Source: Verrucomicrobiaceae bacterium (GTDB lineage: Bacteria; Verrucomicrobiota; Verrucomicrobiia; Verrucomicrobiales; Verrucomicrobiaceae). Taken from it: DNA of 47,207 bases. The DNA lies in the NCBI GenBank assembly GCA_947477755.1, contig CANJVS010000001.1:1-47207 (forward strand), read 5' to 3'. Under the pieces are notes generated by a model. It searched no databases, was not told where the DNA came from, and worked only from the letters and a program-made list of their open reading frames with translations. The translations under genes were made by a program, and so were the position numbers. Positions 1-10,700 of the stretch are shown piece by piece; position 1 is the stretch's first letter, and each line of letters opens with the position of its first letter.

Positions 1-873
1 GCCTATCTCGGAGAGAAAGCGGCGGATGCAAAATCCGGCAAACCATTCTTTCTCTATCTGCCCCTGACCGCGCCGCATACGCCCATCCTGCCGAATCCCG
101 AATGGCGCGGCAAAAGCGGACTCAATCAATATGGCGACTTTGTCATGGAAACCGACGCCAATATCGGCCGTGTCCTGAAGGCGCTCGATGACCATGGCCT
201 AACCGAAAATACCGTCGTCATCATGACCAGTGACAACGGATGCTCACCCAGTGCCGATTATCCGGCCCTGCTCGCCAAGGGTCACAATCCCAGCGGCAAG
301 TACCGCGGTCACAAGGCCGACATCTACGAAGGCGGCCACCGTGTGCCATTTCTCGTGCGCTGGCCAGCCAGGGTCAAAGCAGGCCAGACATCCGCGCAAC
401 TCACCTGCCTTGCCGATTTCACCGCCACCGCCGCCGAGATTGTGGGCGCCAAACTGCCTGATAACGCTGCTGAAGACAGTTTCAGCTTCCTGCCCGCCCT
501 GCTCGGTCAGACGGACAAGGCAATGCGTCAAAGCCTGGTTCATCACAGCATCGGCGGATTCTTCGCCATCCGCGAAGGCAAGTGGAAGCTCGCCCTCTGC
601 CCCGGCAGCGGCGGATGGAGCGAACCGCGCCCCGGAAAAGAGCCGGCCGGTTCACCACCGGTGCAGCTTTTCGATCTCGACGCCGATCTCGGAGAGACCA
701 AAAACGCGCAGGCCGATCATCCCGAGATCGTTACCAGCCTAACCAAGAAGCTGGAAACAATCATCGCCAATGGCCGCAGCACGCCGGGTGAGAATCAAGC
801 CAATGCCGTGCCGATTGATCTCTGGAAGAAGGGTGCCAAATCGAAGGCGAAGGCCAAGGCGAAGAAGAAGTGA
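1..873 (+). CDS. Arylsulfatase/sulfatase family protein, 5'-truncated by the window edge
   Basis: Frame 1 is open from base 1 (AYLGEK...KPFFLYLPLTAPHTP). It contains the sulfatase motifs TSDNG, RGHKADIYEGGHRVPF and QLFDLDADLGE, and ends in a Lys-rich tail. Confidence 0.9.
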   Translation, partial: AYLGEKAADAKSGKPFFLYLPLTAPHTPILPNPEWRGKSGLNQYGDFVMETDANIGRVLKALDDHGLTENTVVIMTSDNGCSPSADYPALLAKGHNPSGKYRGHKADIYEGGHRVPFLVRWPARVKAGQTSAQLTCLADFTATAAEIVGAKLPDNAAEDSFSFLPALLGQTDKAMRQSLVHHSIGGFFAIREGKWKLALCPGSGGWSEPRPGKEPAGSPPVQLFDLDADLGETKNAQADHPEIVTSLTKKLETIIANGRSTPGENQANAVPIDLWKKGAKSKAKAKAKKK

Positions 874-879
874 GCCTGC

Positions 880-1353
880 TTACTTTTCCAAACAAGCCAC
901 CGCCATCGCTGCAATGCCTTCTTCTCTTCCAACGAATCCCATTCGCTCATTGGTGGTGGCTTTGATGCCGACCTGATCGGGTTGGATGCCGAGGGCGGAG
1001 CCGATCTTCTCCTTCATCAGGGGCGCGTGCTTCATCACGCGCGGGGCTTCAGCGATGAGTGTGGAGTCCACATTCTGGATCAGGTATCCTTTTTCAGCGG
1101 CGAGTGCGGCGCACTTTTCGAGAATGCGCAGGCTACAGATGCCTTCAATACTCGCATCATTCGGCGGGAAGTAATAACCGATGTCTGGCAGGCCCATGGC
1201 ACCGAGCAGGGCATCGGCGATGGCATGGCAGAGCACGTCGGCATCGGAATGTCCCTGAAGTCCCCGGGTATGGGCGATCTCCACGCCGCCCAGAATCAGG
1301 GGGCGGCCGTCTTCAAAGGGATGAACGTCATAACCAATGCCAACGCGTGTCAT
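880..1353 (-). CDS. ispF: 2-C-methyl-D-erythritol 2,4-cyclodiphosphate synthase
   Basis: Motifs RVGIGYDVH, GHSDADVLCHAIADALLGA and KATTNERMGFVGREEGIAA. Confidence 0.97.
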   Translation of the reverse strand: MTRVGIGYDVHPFEDGRPLILGGVEIAHTRGLQGHSDADVLCHAIADALLGAMGLPDIGYYFPPNDASIEGICSLRILEKCAALAAEKGYLIQNVDSTLIAEAPRVMKHAPLMKEKIGSALGIQPDQVGIKATTNERMGFVGREEGIAAMAVACLEK

Positions 1354-1400
1354 GTCGTCATGTAGAGTGCGCTGCGAAATTTGCCACCGCGAACTCGAGT

Positions 1401-2267
1401 TTACCTGCCGCTGCCAAGCGTCCGCATCTGGGCACGGTACTCGCGCGGTGTGCTGCCGACCACTTCGCGGAACCGGCGGTTGAAGTTGGCCAGGTTCCGG
1501 TAACCGCAGTCGAGGGCGATGTCGGTGATGTTTTGCTGGTCTTCACCGATCATACGGCAGGCACGGCCGATGCGGACTTCATTGATGTATTCGGGCACCG
1601 TTTTCCCGGTGCGTGAGCGGAAAAAGCGGCTGAAGGCACCCTCGCTCAAATGCGCCAGCTTGGCGAGTTGGGCTCGGTCGATGTCGTCCATCAGGTGCTG
1701 GTTGATATGGTCGCAGACGCGTTGCATCCGGTCCTGATCTCCGGCATGCAGGGTTGGCTCGTAGCTTGCACTGGCCAGGGGACGAAGATCTTTGGAGCGC
1801 GACAGAACATCCAGAATAGCGAGCAACTCGACCACGCGGGTCAGCCCGTCGACCTCTGCAAGACGTCGCATCCGCTGGCTGATGTCGGTGCGTGCGGCTC
1901 CCCGCACTTCCAGGCCGCGCGCCGAGCGCCGCAGCATGCGCTGCACGGCCTCCATCTCCGGCAGTTGCAGGAAATCCTTACCGAGGAAACCATCAGTGAA
2001 ACGCACGATCACCGCATCCACCGAGGCACCGACGCCCTCGTCCTGATGCCAGACATGCGGAAGGTTGGAGCCCAGCAAAACAAGATCGCCATCCGTCAGC
2101 GGTGAGATGTTGTCACCCACGACGCGGTGCCCGCGGCTGCGGACTGCCAGAGTCATCTGATACTCAGGATGGAAATGCCAGCGCGTTCCATAGTCCGGGC
2201 CATGCACGACCTCGCAGTGGAAGGATTCCCAGTCACGCCGGGGCACTTTTTCAAAGACAGGTTTCAT
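1401..2267 (-). CDS. AraC family transcriptional regulator (cupin sensor plus double HTH)
   Basis: N-terminal WHFHPEY...GSNLPH cupin; C-terminal HLSEGAFSRFFR and ITDIALDCGYRNLANFNRRF AraC signature. Confidence 0.93.
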   Translation of the reverse strand: MKPVFEKVPRRDWESFHCEVVHGPDYGTRWHFHPEYQMTLAVRSRGHRVVGDNISPLTDGDLVLLGSNLPHVWHQDEGVGASVDAVIVRFTDGFLGKDFLQLPEMEAVQRMLRRSARGLEVRGAARTDISQRMRRLAEVDGLTRVVELLAILDVLSRSKDLRPLASASYEPTLHAGDQDRMQRVCDHINQHLMDDIDRAQLAKLAHLSEGAFSRFFRSRTGKTVPEYINEVRIGRACRMIGEDQQNITDIALDCGYRNLANFNRRFREVVGSTPREYRAQMRTLGSGR

Positions 2268-2319
2268 AAACTGCTATTAAACCGCAAACAGCGTCCGGAA
2301 CACAAAGGAAAACACTATT

Positions 2320-2796
2320 TTAGCGGCTCAGGTCACCCTGGCAAATCACACGAAACCCGGCGCGGTGCAGCACATTGGCAGCGATCTCGATATCGTCACA
2401 ATGCAGGGCCAGCAGCGGATGTATTCCGGGGCGGACAAGCAGGGGATAACAGAATTCGATATTGAGCTCTGCGGCCAGCAGTGTGGAAAGACACTCGGTG
2501 AGACGGCGACCGGATTCGCTCAATTCCACGACTACGATGGGGCAGTCCGTGTATGGAATGCCTTTCTCGATAAAGAGCATCGCCGCACCGTCCGGATCAC
2601 TCAGGATGAGGCGCACGAGCGTCATTTCCGTGGTGTCCTGCATGGACAGACCGAGCACTTCGATGAAGTGGTCATGCAGCAGTTTGGTCAGCGCCATGAG
2701 CGAGCCGACACGGTTCTGGAGAAAGACTGAGAGCTGGCGGATGGCGGTGCCGTCCGGTGTCTTGGTGGGTGTTTCTTGAAGGGCGGAGTTCTCCAT
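2320..2796 (-). CDS. ACT-domain (amino-acid-binding) protein
   Basis: IRQLSVFLQNRVGSL and LLAAELNIEFCY indicate a tandem ACT-domain family protein. Confidence 0.8.
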   Translation of the reverse strand: MENSALQETPTKTPDGTAIRQLSVFLQNRVGSLMALTKLLHDHFIEVLGLSMQDTTEMTLVRLILSDPDGAAMLFIEKGIPYTDCPIVVVELSESGRRLTECLSTLLAAELNIEFCYPLLVRPGIHPLLALHCDDIEIAANVLHRAGFRVICQGDLSR

Positions 2797-2840
2797 GGAG
2801 TGCGGTGTGTTCTTTCCCTGTCAGTGAGGATGAAATGGAA

Positions 2841-3272
2841 TTAACCCCCGGGACCGGTGGCGGAGCGTGACTCGTCAAACAAGGTCACGCGAAGGGGGAT
2901 GCGGGCCACCACGGTGTCCTTGGAGGCCACCACCCAGGTGAAAAGACCGGCGCGCTCAAAGCGGATGCGCTGAAGATTGAGCACGATGTTGCGCGTAACA
3001 AAAGGGATGAAATTACCAGGAAAAGAAACCTCGATGGCCGGTTCCAGGGGCAGTGCCGGCATGATGTCCTTCCCTGCGGAATCGATGCAACGGACGGTGA
3101 ACTGGTAGCGGCCCGCGTCGGCAGGCTCAAAGATCATCCGCATCACCATCGCGCAGGCCGGATGCACCACGGGGAACTCGCGTGAGCATAGCGTGTCAAA
3201 GGCACCCAGAATGCAGAGTTTCCCGTTATAGTCCGAGGCGGAGTCACAAAGTGTGGCGACTTGAATGGTCAT
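2841..3272 (-). CDS. Conserved hypothetical protein, DUF6941-like
   Basis: N-terminal LCDSA...GKLCILGAFD pattern; start lies 2 bp downstream of the PBP stop codon. Confidence 0.65.
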   Translation of the reverse strand: MTIQVATLCDSASDYNGKLCILGAFDTLCSREFPVVHPACAMVMRMIFEPADAGRYQFTVRCIDSAGKDIMPALPLEPAIEVSFPGNFIPFVTRNIVLNLQRIRFERAGLFTWVVASKDTVVARIPLRVTLFDESRSATGPGG

Positions 3273-3274
3273 GA

Positions 3275-5302
3275 TTATCTCCTGAAGAGTTTCCGGAAAA
3301 AGCCGCCAAAGGTCCGCTGTTCCGGTTGCTGTGGTCTGGGTGGGGGAGGAAAATTGGCGCGCTGTATCTCCTCCGGCAGGTTTTCGGATGGATTGTTAGT
3401 CTCGGAATCTTCGAGCGAGAGCGCCTGCGGTACATCCTTCATGGCGGCTACCAGCGGATCGTCGGCAGGTGCGCCTTCGTAGTATTTGGTGAAGACCTCG
3501 TTCACGATCGGTGCGGCAAGACCACCACCGCTGACTTTTTCACCCGGCCGACCCTCATAAATGACGGAAAAGGCCAGGACCGGTTGACTGGCGGGGAGGA
3601 AGCCAGTGAACCACGCGAGATTCTGCTCTTTGGCGATCCTCCACTGCGCCGTTCCCGTCTTGCCGGCGATCTGCGCCTGCTTGATCCCTGCCGCGTGACC
3701 GGTGCCGCCACTGCCGGAGACGACCGCCACCATGCCTTTGACGACTGAGTCGCGCGCGATGGGATTGAGATTCACCTGACGCCGCACCCTTGGTTCATAG
3801 GCATCCACGATCACTTCGCCAATGGTTTGCACCTGTTTCACGAGCCTCGGTTGGTACATTTTGTTGCCGTCTCCCAGCGCCGACATGCATTGGCAGACCT
3901 GAAGGGGTGTCGCCAGCACGGCCCCTTGGCCGATGGCGATGTTGGCAAGTTCGCCACTTAGAATTTTGTGATCGGCGTTGGTGGGCACATTGCCCTTGCC
4001 CTCAGCTTTGAGCGGGATGCCTGTGCGTTCTCCGAATCCCATGCGCGAGGCCATGCTTGTCACATAATCCGCGCCGGTGGCCAGTGCGGCCTGATAGAAC
4101 CAGGTGTTGCAGGAGCGCTTGATGGCGGTGACCACATTCATGTCTCCCTCATCGGTCTTCACGTTGTGATTGTGAAAGTAGCGGTCACCGATCAGCAGTG
4201 AGATGCCGCAGTAGAAAGAGGTGGTCGGCGTGACTCTGCCGCTTTCCAGCGCGCTGAGTGCCGTCACGATTTTGAAGGTCGAGGCCGGCGGATACTCACC
4301 GCGGAAGGCGCGCGCCAGCAGCGGCATTCTTGGGTCGCTGCTCAGTTCCTCCCAGCGTTTGCCGCGGATGCCGAAGACGAATTCATTGGGATTGAATGTC
4401 GGATTTGAGGCCAGTGCCAGGATATCGCCATTGCGCACATCCATGATCACCATGGCACCGCCGTTGCGTGCATTCTTTTTCAGCGCGTTCTCCGCATACT
4501 TCTGCAGATTGTAGTCCAGCGTTGTTACCACCGTGCGGCCAGGAGTTGGACGCCTCAGCACTTCGTCGGAGAGCAGTTTGCCATCGGCATCAAAGAGCAG
4601 ATTGATCTCTCCGGGCGTGCCTTTTAAGACCGAGTCAAAGGTGATCTCCAGGCCATCACGGCCCTCGATCTCTTCAAACAGTGGATCGCCATCCACAATC
4701 GGCCCTTCAGGCAGGCGGCGTGTTTTTCCCGTGTAGCCAAGGACGTGACAGGCGGTGTCTTCCTTGGGGTAGTAGCGGATGTAGGCGGGTTGCAGCAGGA
4801 GCGAACCCTGATCCAGCAATGGGGCCAGTTTCTTTTGCTCCTCGAGTGAGAGCTCCACATTGATGCCTTCCTCGATGGAAAAAAGCAGCGGCAGCCAGCG
4901 CCGGTTTTGATAGTGGTTGATCAGCTTGTCATCCGGCAGTCCCCACGATTTGCCGAGAGTTTTATTGGCCAGTGCAATTTTGTCCTTGGCAAAGTTCAGG
5001 ATCATTCCTGGAGTCGCCTTGTCCATGAAGGGGAAATTCAGCGCCAGGTAATGCACCACCCGGTTCTGGGCCAGGGCGACACCATTGCGATCCACGATTT
5101 GTCCGCGTGGTGCCGGGATACTCAGGCGCATGGTGCGCGCTTCCTTTTGCGTGCTCAGGGTCGCGGCCAAGTCCTTATTCTTCGTCTCTTTGACCGGTGC
5201 CGTGGTGTCGATCACGGGCTCTGCCTTCGGCGCATCCTGGGCAGAAGCCAGAACGCTTGCCAGGGAAATGAGAAGAAGGCTTCGCCAAAAGCGGTCAGAC
5301 AT
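3275..5302 (-). CDS. mrdA: Class B penicillin-binding protein (PBP2-like transpeptidase)
   Basis: PAPRGQIVDRNG dimerisation motif; catalytic STFK, SCN and KTGT motifs. Start moved from 5488 to ATG 5302 (MSDRFW), which follows a sigma70-like promoter. Confidence 0.88.
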   Translation of the reverse strand: MSDRFWRSLLLISLASVLASAQDAPKAEPVIDTTAPVKETKNKDLAATLSTQKEARTMRLSIPAPRGQIVDRNGVALAQNRVVHYLALNFPFMDKATPGMILNFAKDKIALANKTLGKSWGLPDDKLINHYQNRRWLPLLFSIEEGINVELSLEEQKKLAPLLDQGSLLLQPAYIRYYPKEDTACHVLGYTGKTRRLPEGPIVDGDPLFEEIEGRDGLEITFDSVLKGTPGEINLLFDADGKLLSDEVLRRPTPGRTVVTTLDYNLQKYAENALKKNARNGGAMVIMDVRNGDILALASNPTFNPNEFVFGIRGKRWEELSSDPRMPLLARAFRGEYPPASTFKIVTALSALESGRVTPTTSFYCGISLLIGDRYFHNHNVKTDEGDMNVVTAIKRSCNTWFYQAALATGADYVTSMASRMGFGERTGIPLKAEGKGNVPTNADHKILSGELANIAIGQGAVLATPLQVCQCMSALGDGNKMYQPRLVKQVQTIGEVIVDAYEPRVRRQVNLNPIARDSVVKGMVAVVSGSGGTGHAAGIKQAQIAGKTGTAQWRIAKEQNLAWFTGFLPASQPVLAFSVIYEGRPGEKVSGGGLAAPIVNEVFTKYYEGAPADDPLVAAMKDVPQALSLEDSETNNPSENLPEEIQRANFPPPPRPQQPEQRTFGGFFRKLFRR

Positions 5303-5353
5303 GGTCGGATGAGATGGGGGAGTGCCCGGAGTGCGTCCAGGGGCAGCGCTCGT

Positions 5354-5382
5354 AAGATGATGGCGACGGCTTTCCCCGTCAA
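5354..5382 (-). promoter_or_regulatory. Putative sigma70 promoter of the PBP gene
   Basis: Minus strand TTGACG-N17-CATCTT, about 50 bp upstream of ATG 5302. Confidence 0.4.
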
Positions 5383-5553
5383 GACGCAGGTCAGACGATA
5401 CTGACAATGTCGAGTCCTGCACAATGCTTCGCTGTCTGGGGCTGTTGCGTGCAGAACTCGAACTTCTGCTCCCGCAGCAAAGGCACACAATCAGGCAAAA
5501 CTGGGCTGATTTATCAGTTCGCTAAAAAGGGGCACCCCAATGAGGATGAATCG

Positions 5554-5570
5554 TTGGCACGGAATCAGCG
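5554..5570 (+). promoter_or_regulatory. Putative sigma54 (-24/-12) promoter of PEPCK
   Basis: TTGGCACGGAATCAGCG has exact GG-N10-GC spacing with TGGCACG, 32 bp upstream of ATG 5603. Confidence 0.5.
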
Positions 5571-5602
5571 TGACCATTCAATCTCTTCCTCTTCTTCCGA
5601 TC

Positions 5603-7429
5603 ATGAGCAAAACCGACCCCTCCAAACCACTCGGCAAAAACATTCACCTTCTCCGCTGGGTTAAAAAAATGGCAGCACTCTGCAAGCCTGACCGCATTCA
5701 CTGGGTCGATGGATCCAAGGCTGAATACGACCGTCTGTGTGACGAAATGGTGGAGTCAGGAACACTGACACGGCTGAATCAAAAACAGTGGCCTGGCTGC
5801 TTTTATTCGCGCTCCGATCCCAGTGATGTGGCGCGTGTCGAGGAGCGCACATTCATTTGCAGCAACTCCAAAGATGGTGCCGGCCCAACCAACAATTGGA
5901 TGGAGCCTTTTGAGATGAAGCAGAAGCTGCGCGGCCTCTTCAACGGCTGCATGAAGGGTCGCACCATGTATGTGCTGGCCTTCAGCATGGGGCCCCTGAA
6001 CTCGCCCATGTCGCAGATCGGCGTGCAACTCACCGACTCGCCTTATGTCGTGGTAAACATGCGCATCATGGCCCGCATCGGCAAAAAGGTGTTCCAGCTG
6101 ATCGACACGACGAAAAAGCGCGTGGTGCCCTGCATGCACAGCGTTGGCGCGCCCCTGAGAAAAGGCCAAAAGGACGTGCCTTGGCCCTGCAACAAGGAGA
6201 AGTACATCGTGCACTTCCCCGAATCGCGCGAGATCTGGAGCTACGGTTCCGGTTATGGCGGCAATGCCCTGCTCGGGAAAAAATGCTTCGCACTACGCAT
6301 CGCCTCGGCCATGGCGCGTGATGAAGGCTGGATGGCCGAGCACATGCTTATTCTTGGTGTGGAAGATCCGAAGGGACAGAAGACCTACGTTGCCGCCGCC
6401 TTCCCAAGCGCCTGTGGAAAAACCAATTTTGCCATGCTCATTCCACCGGAACATTTCGCCAAAAAGGGCTGGAAAGTCTGGACCGTCGGGGATGACATCG
6501 CCTGGATCAAACCCGGCGCGGATGGCCGTCTTCACGCGATCAATCCGGAGGCTGGCTTCTTCGGGGTGGCACCCGGCACGAGTGACAAGACGAACCCGAA
6601 TGCGATGGCTTCCCTGCGGAAGAACACGATCTTTACCAACGTCGCCCTCACGTCTGATGGCGGTGTGTGGTGGGAAGGCATGACGGATGAACCGCCCGCC
6701 AAGGCGACCGACTGGCAGGGCAACCAATGGACTCCGGAAATTGCCAAGGAGAAGGGCACCAAAGCAGCGCATCCGAATTCCCGTTTCACCGCGCCCGCTT
6801 CGCAGTGCCCCACCGTCGATCCTGATTGGGAAAAACCTGAAGGTGTGCCCATCAGTGCCATCATCTTTGGCGGCCGCCGCGCGACGACGATGCCGCTCGT
6901 TTATCAGGCTTTCAACTGGAGTGGCGGCGTGTACTCGGGTGCCACAATGGGCAGTGAAATGACCGCGGCCGCCGCAGGGACAATTGGCAAAGTGCGCCGC
7001 GATCCGATGGCTATGCTGCCCTTCTGCGGTTACAACATGGGCGACTACTTCCGCCACTGGATTTCCATGCAGCGCACGCTGTCTGAGACGCCGCGTATCT
7101 TCCATGTGAACTGGTTCCGCAAAGATGCCGCAGGCAAGTTCCTCTGGCCCGGTTTCAGCGAAAACATGCGCGTGCTCAAATGGATCGTTGACCGCGCCAA
7201 TGGTCACGGCATGTCAAAAGAAACACCCATTGGCTGGGTGCCGCATTACAAGGACATCGACTGGACTGGTCTCGACTTTCCTGAGGCGAGGTTTGATGAG
7301 TTGCAGCATTTTGACCGCAGCGCGTGGCGTCAGGAGATTCTCTCACATGAGGAGCTCTTCCTCGACCTGAAAAGTCATCTGCCGAAGGAATTGATCTATG
7401 AGCGTGAATTGCTGATCTGCCGGATGTAG
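5603..7429 (+). CDS. pckG: Phosphoenolpyruvate carboxykinase (GTP)
   Basis: Motifs [38 protein letters not shown] and [14 protein letters not shown]. Likely start is ATG 5603 (MSKTDP) rather than 5540. Confidence 0.96.
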   Translation: MSKTDPSKPLGKNIHLLRWVKKMAALCKPDRIHWVDGSKAEYDRLCDEMVESGTLTRLNQKQWPGCFYSRSDPSDVARVEERTFICSNSKDGAGPTNNWMEPFEMKQKLRGLFNGCMKGRTMYVLAFSMGPLNSPMSQIGVQLTDSPYVVVNMRIMARIGKKVFQLIDTTKKRVVPCMHSVGAPLRKGQKDVPWPCNKEKYIVHFPESREIWSYGSGYGGNALLGKKCFALRIASAMARDEGWMAEHMLILGVEDPKGQKTYVAAAFPSACGKTNFAMLIPPEHFAKKGWKVWTVGDDIAWIKPGADGRLHAINPEAGFFGVAPGTSDKTNPNAMASLRKNTIFTNVALTSDGGVWWEGMTDEPPAKATDWQGNQWTPEIAKEKGTKAAHPNSRFTAPASQCPTVDPDWEKPEGVPISAIIFGGRRATTMPLVYQAFNWSGGVYSGATMGSEMTAAAAGTIGKVRRDPMAMLPFCGYNMGDYFRHWISMQRTLSETPRIFHVNWFRKDAAGKFLWPGFSENMRVLKWIVDRANGHGMSKETPIGWVPHYKDIDWTGLDFPEARFDELQHFDRSAWRQEILSHEELFLDLKSHLPKELIYERELLICRM

Positions 7430-7748
7430 AAAATGCCAATCCCACCTGGGTTCGCGATCAGACCCTCGGGGGGGATGTGATTCCCGCCGGGGGGGCATGA
7501 CATTCGTATTCCCGTTAGGCGTGTTTAAAAGTTTTCTCGATGACATGACACACATCACTCTAGATTGATCTTGAGCGTTTTAGGCTCCGCGGAACGACCC
7601 TGTTCTAAGATTATGTTTCGGCCCTGCTGCGTTCTTCAAAGCATGTTTCGCACTTTTTTCGGAGCGGGCATCCCTCATTGTTACCGTTAAAAAATGCTGA
7701 CAACCGTCAGACGAACGCGGATAACTGCCCGCAGGCAATGAAGAGACC

Positions 7749-10700
7749 ATGAATGCAGCCGAGAACCCACCACCAGCCACTGAGCAGAGCAGACTGATGG
7801 AAGAAGTCAGTCTCCTCAAAAGCCAGATTCTTGCACTCCAAGAGAGCGAGAGTTTCTACTGCGGCATCGTGCAAACGGCAGAAGAAGGTATCTGGAGAAT
7901 CAATGCAGCATCCCTGACCGAATACGTCAATCCCAAGATGGCGCAGATGATGGGTTACACGGCAGAGGAAATGATCGGGCACCCGATCGACGACTTTCTT
8001 GACGATGAAGGGCGCAGCATGCTGGCCAGCCTCATCGAACGCCGCAAGGGAGGGATCGCCGAGCAATTCAAATTTAAATATATACGCAAGGATGGCTCTG
8101 AATTATGGGCCTTCGTTTCGACCAATCCCATTACCAATGACAATGGCGTCTATGTTGGAGCGGTGGCACTGCCGACAGACATCACTGCGCACAAACGGGC
8201 TGAAGACGCCCTGAAGGCCTCGGCTGAATTTAGGGATCGTTTGATTCGCTCCATGCAGGATGGTTTTTCCGTGCTCGACGCGACCGGAGTTCAATTGGAG
8301 GTTAATCCGGCATTTTGCCGAATGACCGGCTTTTCCAAAGAAGAACTCGTCGGCAGATCCTCTCCATTTCCCTACTGGCCGCCGGAAGAGTATGAGAAAA
8401 TCGGCGCGGCTTTCAGGGAAACTCTCAATGGTGACTTGGGTGATTTTGAATTGATATTCCTGCGCAAAAACGGGGAGCGCTTCCCGGTCATTGTCAGTCC
8501 GTCAGCGGTCAAGAACTCGAATGGCGAGCCGCTCAATTACCTCGCAACGGTGAAAGACATCACGGTGCGCAAGCAGGCGGAAAAGGCACTGCATGAAAGC
8601 GAGGAGCGCTACAAACTGTTGGCTGATCACACGGACGATCTCGTGGGCCTTCATGACACTGTGGGAAATAGCCTTTACTTAAGCCCATCCTATTACCGGA
8701 AGACTGGCTGGACGCCCGGAGATCTGCAGAGCAGTGACTGGCGGTCACGGATCCATCCTGACGATCATGAAACCATTGAACGCGCCCGCTCAGAGAATCT
8801 GGATGGCAGGGCAACCAAGATAGAGCATCGCAACCGTTGTAAGGACGGTTCCTGGCTCTGGTTTGAAACAAACTGCAAACCACTTTTCGACAGCAACGGT
8901 AAAGTCTGGCGCCTGCTCTTCTGGTCCCACGACATCACCAAACGCAAACAAACGGAGGCAGCTCTAAGAAAGAGTGAAGACCGCTACGCCCGGGCGCTGC
9001 TCGGGACCAGCGAGGGACTTTGGGATTGGGACCTGCTGACGGGCGAAACCTACTTGTCTCCGCGCTGGAAGGAGCTTCTCGGTTTCGCGGACAATGAATT
9101 GCCGGGAGATCTTGAAACCAGCTTCATTTCACGGATTCATCCCGACGATCTTGCCGCAGTCGAGATCGCGCGCCGGGGGCATCTGGAGCGCGGTGTGCCT
9201 TATGACGTCGAAATGCGGCTGCGCTGCAAGAACGGCGATTACCGCTGGTTTCGTGTCCGAGGGCAGGCGGAGCGAAATAAGGATGGAGAGCCTGTGCGCA
9301 TGGCGGGAGCGCTGGCTGATATTACCGGGCACAAGAATGCCGAGGCGGCATTGCGGGAAAGTGAAGAAAAGTTCCGCTCCCTCTTCGAGAATGCAGGCGA
9401 CGCTATTTTTCTGATGCGGGGCTCCCGATTTATTGACTGCAACGTCCGCACTTTGGAGATGTTTGGCTGCAAGTGGCGCAATCAGATCGTGGGACGTGAG
9501 CCACATGAATTTTCACCGCCATTTCAGCCAAATGGCCGGAACTCCAGCGAGCTTGCGATCGAAAAAATCAATGCTGCTCTAGCTGGCAAGCCTCAGTTCT
9601 TCGAGTGGACACACTCGAAGCTCGATGGCACGTCATTTCCTGCTGAAGTGAGCTTGAACATAGTGAAGTTGGGAGGCTCGGTACTGCTGCAGGCCATTGT
9701 TCGCGATATCACCGATCGCAAGCAGGCGCAGCAACTGCTGGCATGGGAAAAGGACGCCATGGAGCTGATCAGCAGTGATGCGTCTCTGCATGAAGTGATG
9801 GGCAAGTTGATGCTCGGCATGGAGAAGCAGATGCCTAGTGCCTTGTGCTCCGTCCTCTTACTCGACGAGGACGGAATCCACATGCGGAATGGCGCAGCTC
9901 CCAGCCTGCCGGAAGCTTTCAATCGCGCCATCGATGGCGCTCCCATTGGTCCGGTGGCGGGTTCATGTGGAACGGCGGCATTCACTCGGCGTCAGGTCAT
10001 CGTGACGGATATCGACACCGATCCACTCTGGGCCGATTACCGCGAACTGGCTATGGGCCACGGTTTGCGCGCCTGCTGGTCCACCCCGATCAGCGGTCAC
10101 GAGGGGAAGATTCTGGGTACCTTCGCCATCTACTATCGCGAGCCGCGCAGTCCCCTGCTGATGGAGTTGGAGCAGGTTGCGCGGGCGGTCCACGTCACTC
10201 GAATCGCTATCGAGAGGAAGCAGGCCGAGCAGGCTCTGCGAGAGAGAGAGACGCAGTTCCGAGCCATCTTTGAACAGGCCGCCGTGGGTGTGGCAATGAT
10301 CGACAGCAATACAGGAAGGTTCCTCAAAGTGAACCAGCGGGCTTGTGAGATCGCCCGTCACACGCGGGAGCAGATGCTCAATGAGACATTCATGGATGTC
10401 ACTCATCCGGACGACTTGCAGGCTGATCTGGACCTCATGGAGAAACTCAGGGTGGGCCTGATCTCGACCTTCACCATGGAGAAGCGTTACCTTCACCCGG
10501 ATGGAGTGATCACCTGGATCAATCTCACGGTCTCGCCGATGTGGCAGCCGGGAGAAGTGCCGACCCGGCACATTGCCGTGGTGGAGGACATCACCCATCG
10601 AAAGCAGGCGGAACTGGAATTGGCCCACACTTCCGATCTGCTGCAGCGCACCGGTGCAGTGGCAAAAATTGGCGGATGGGAACTGGACTTGAAGACCGGT

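Noticed and set aside
6293-7207. 304-aa minus-strand ORF
   Set aside because: Antisense shadow of the well-supported PEPCK gene in GC-rich DNA.
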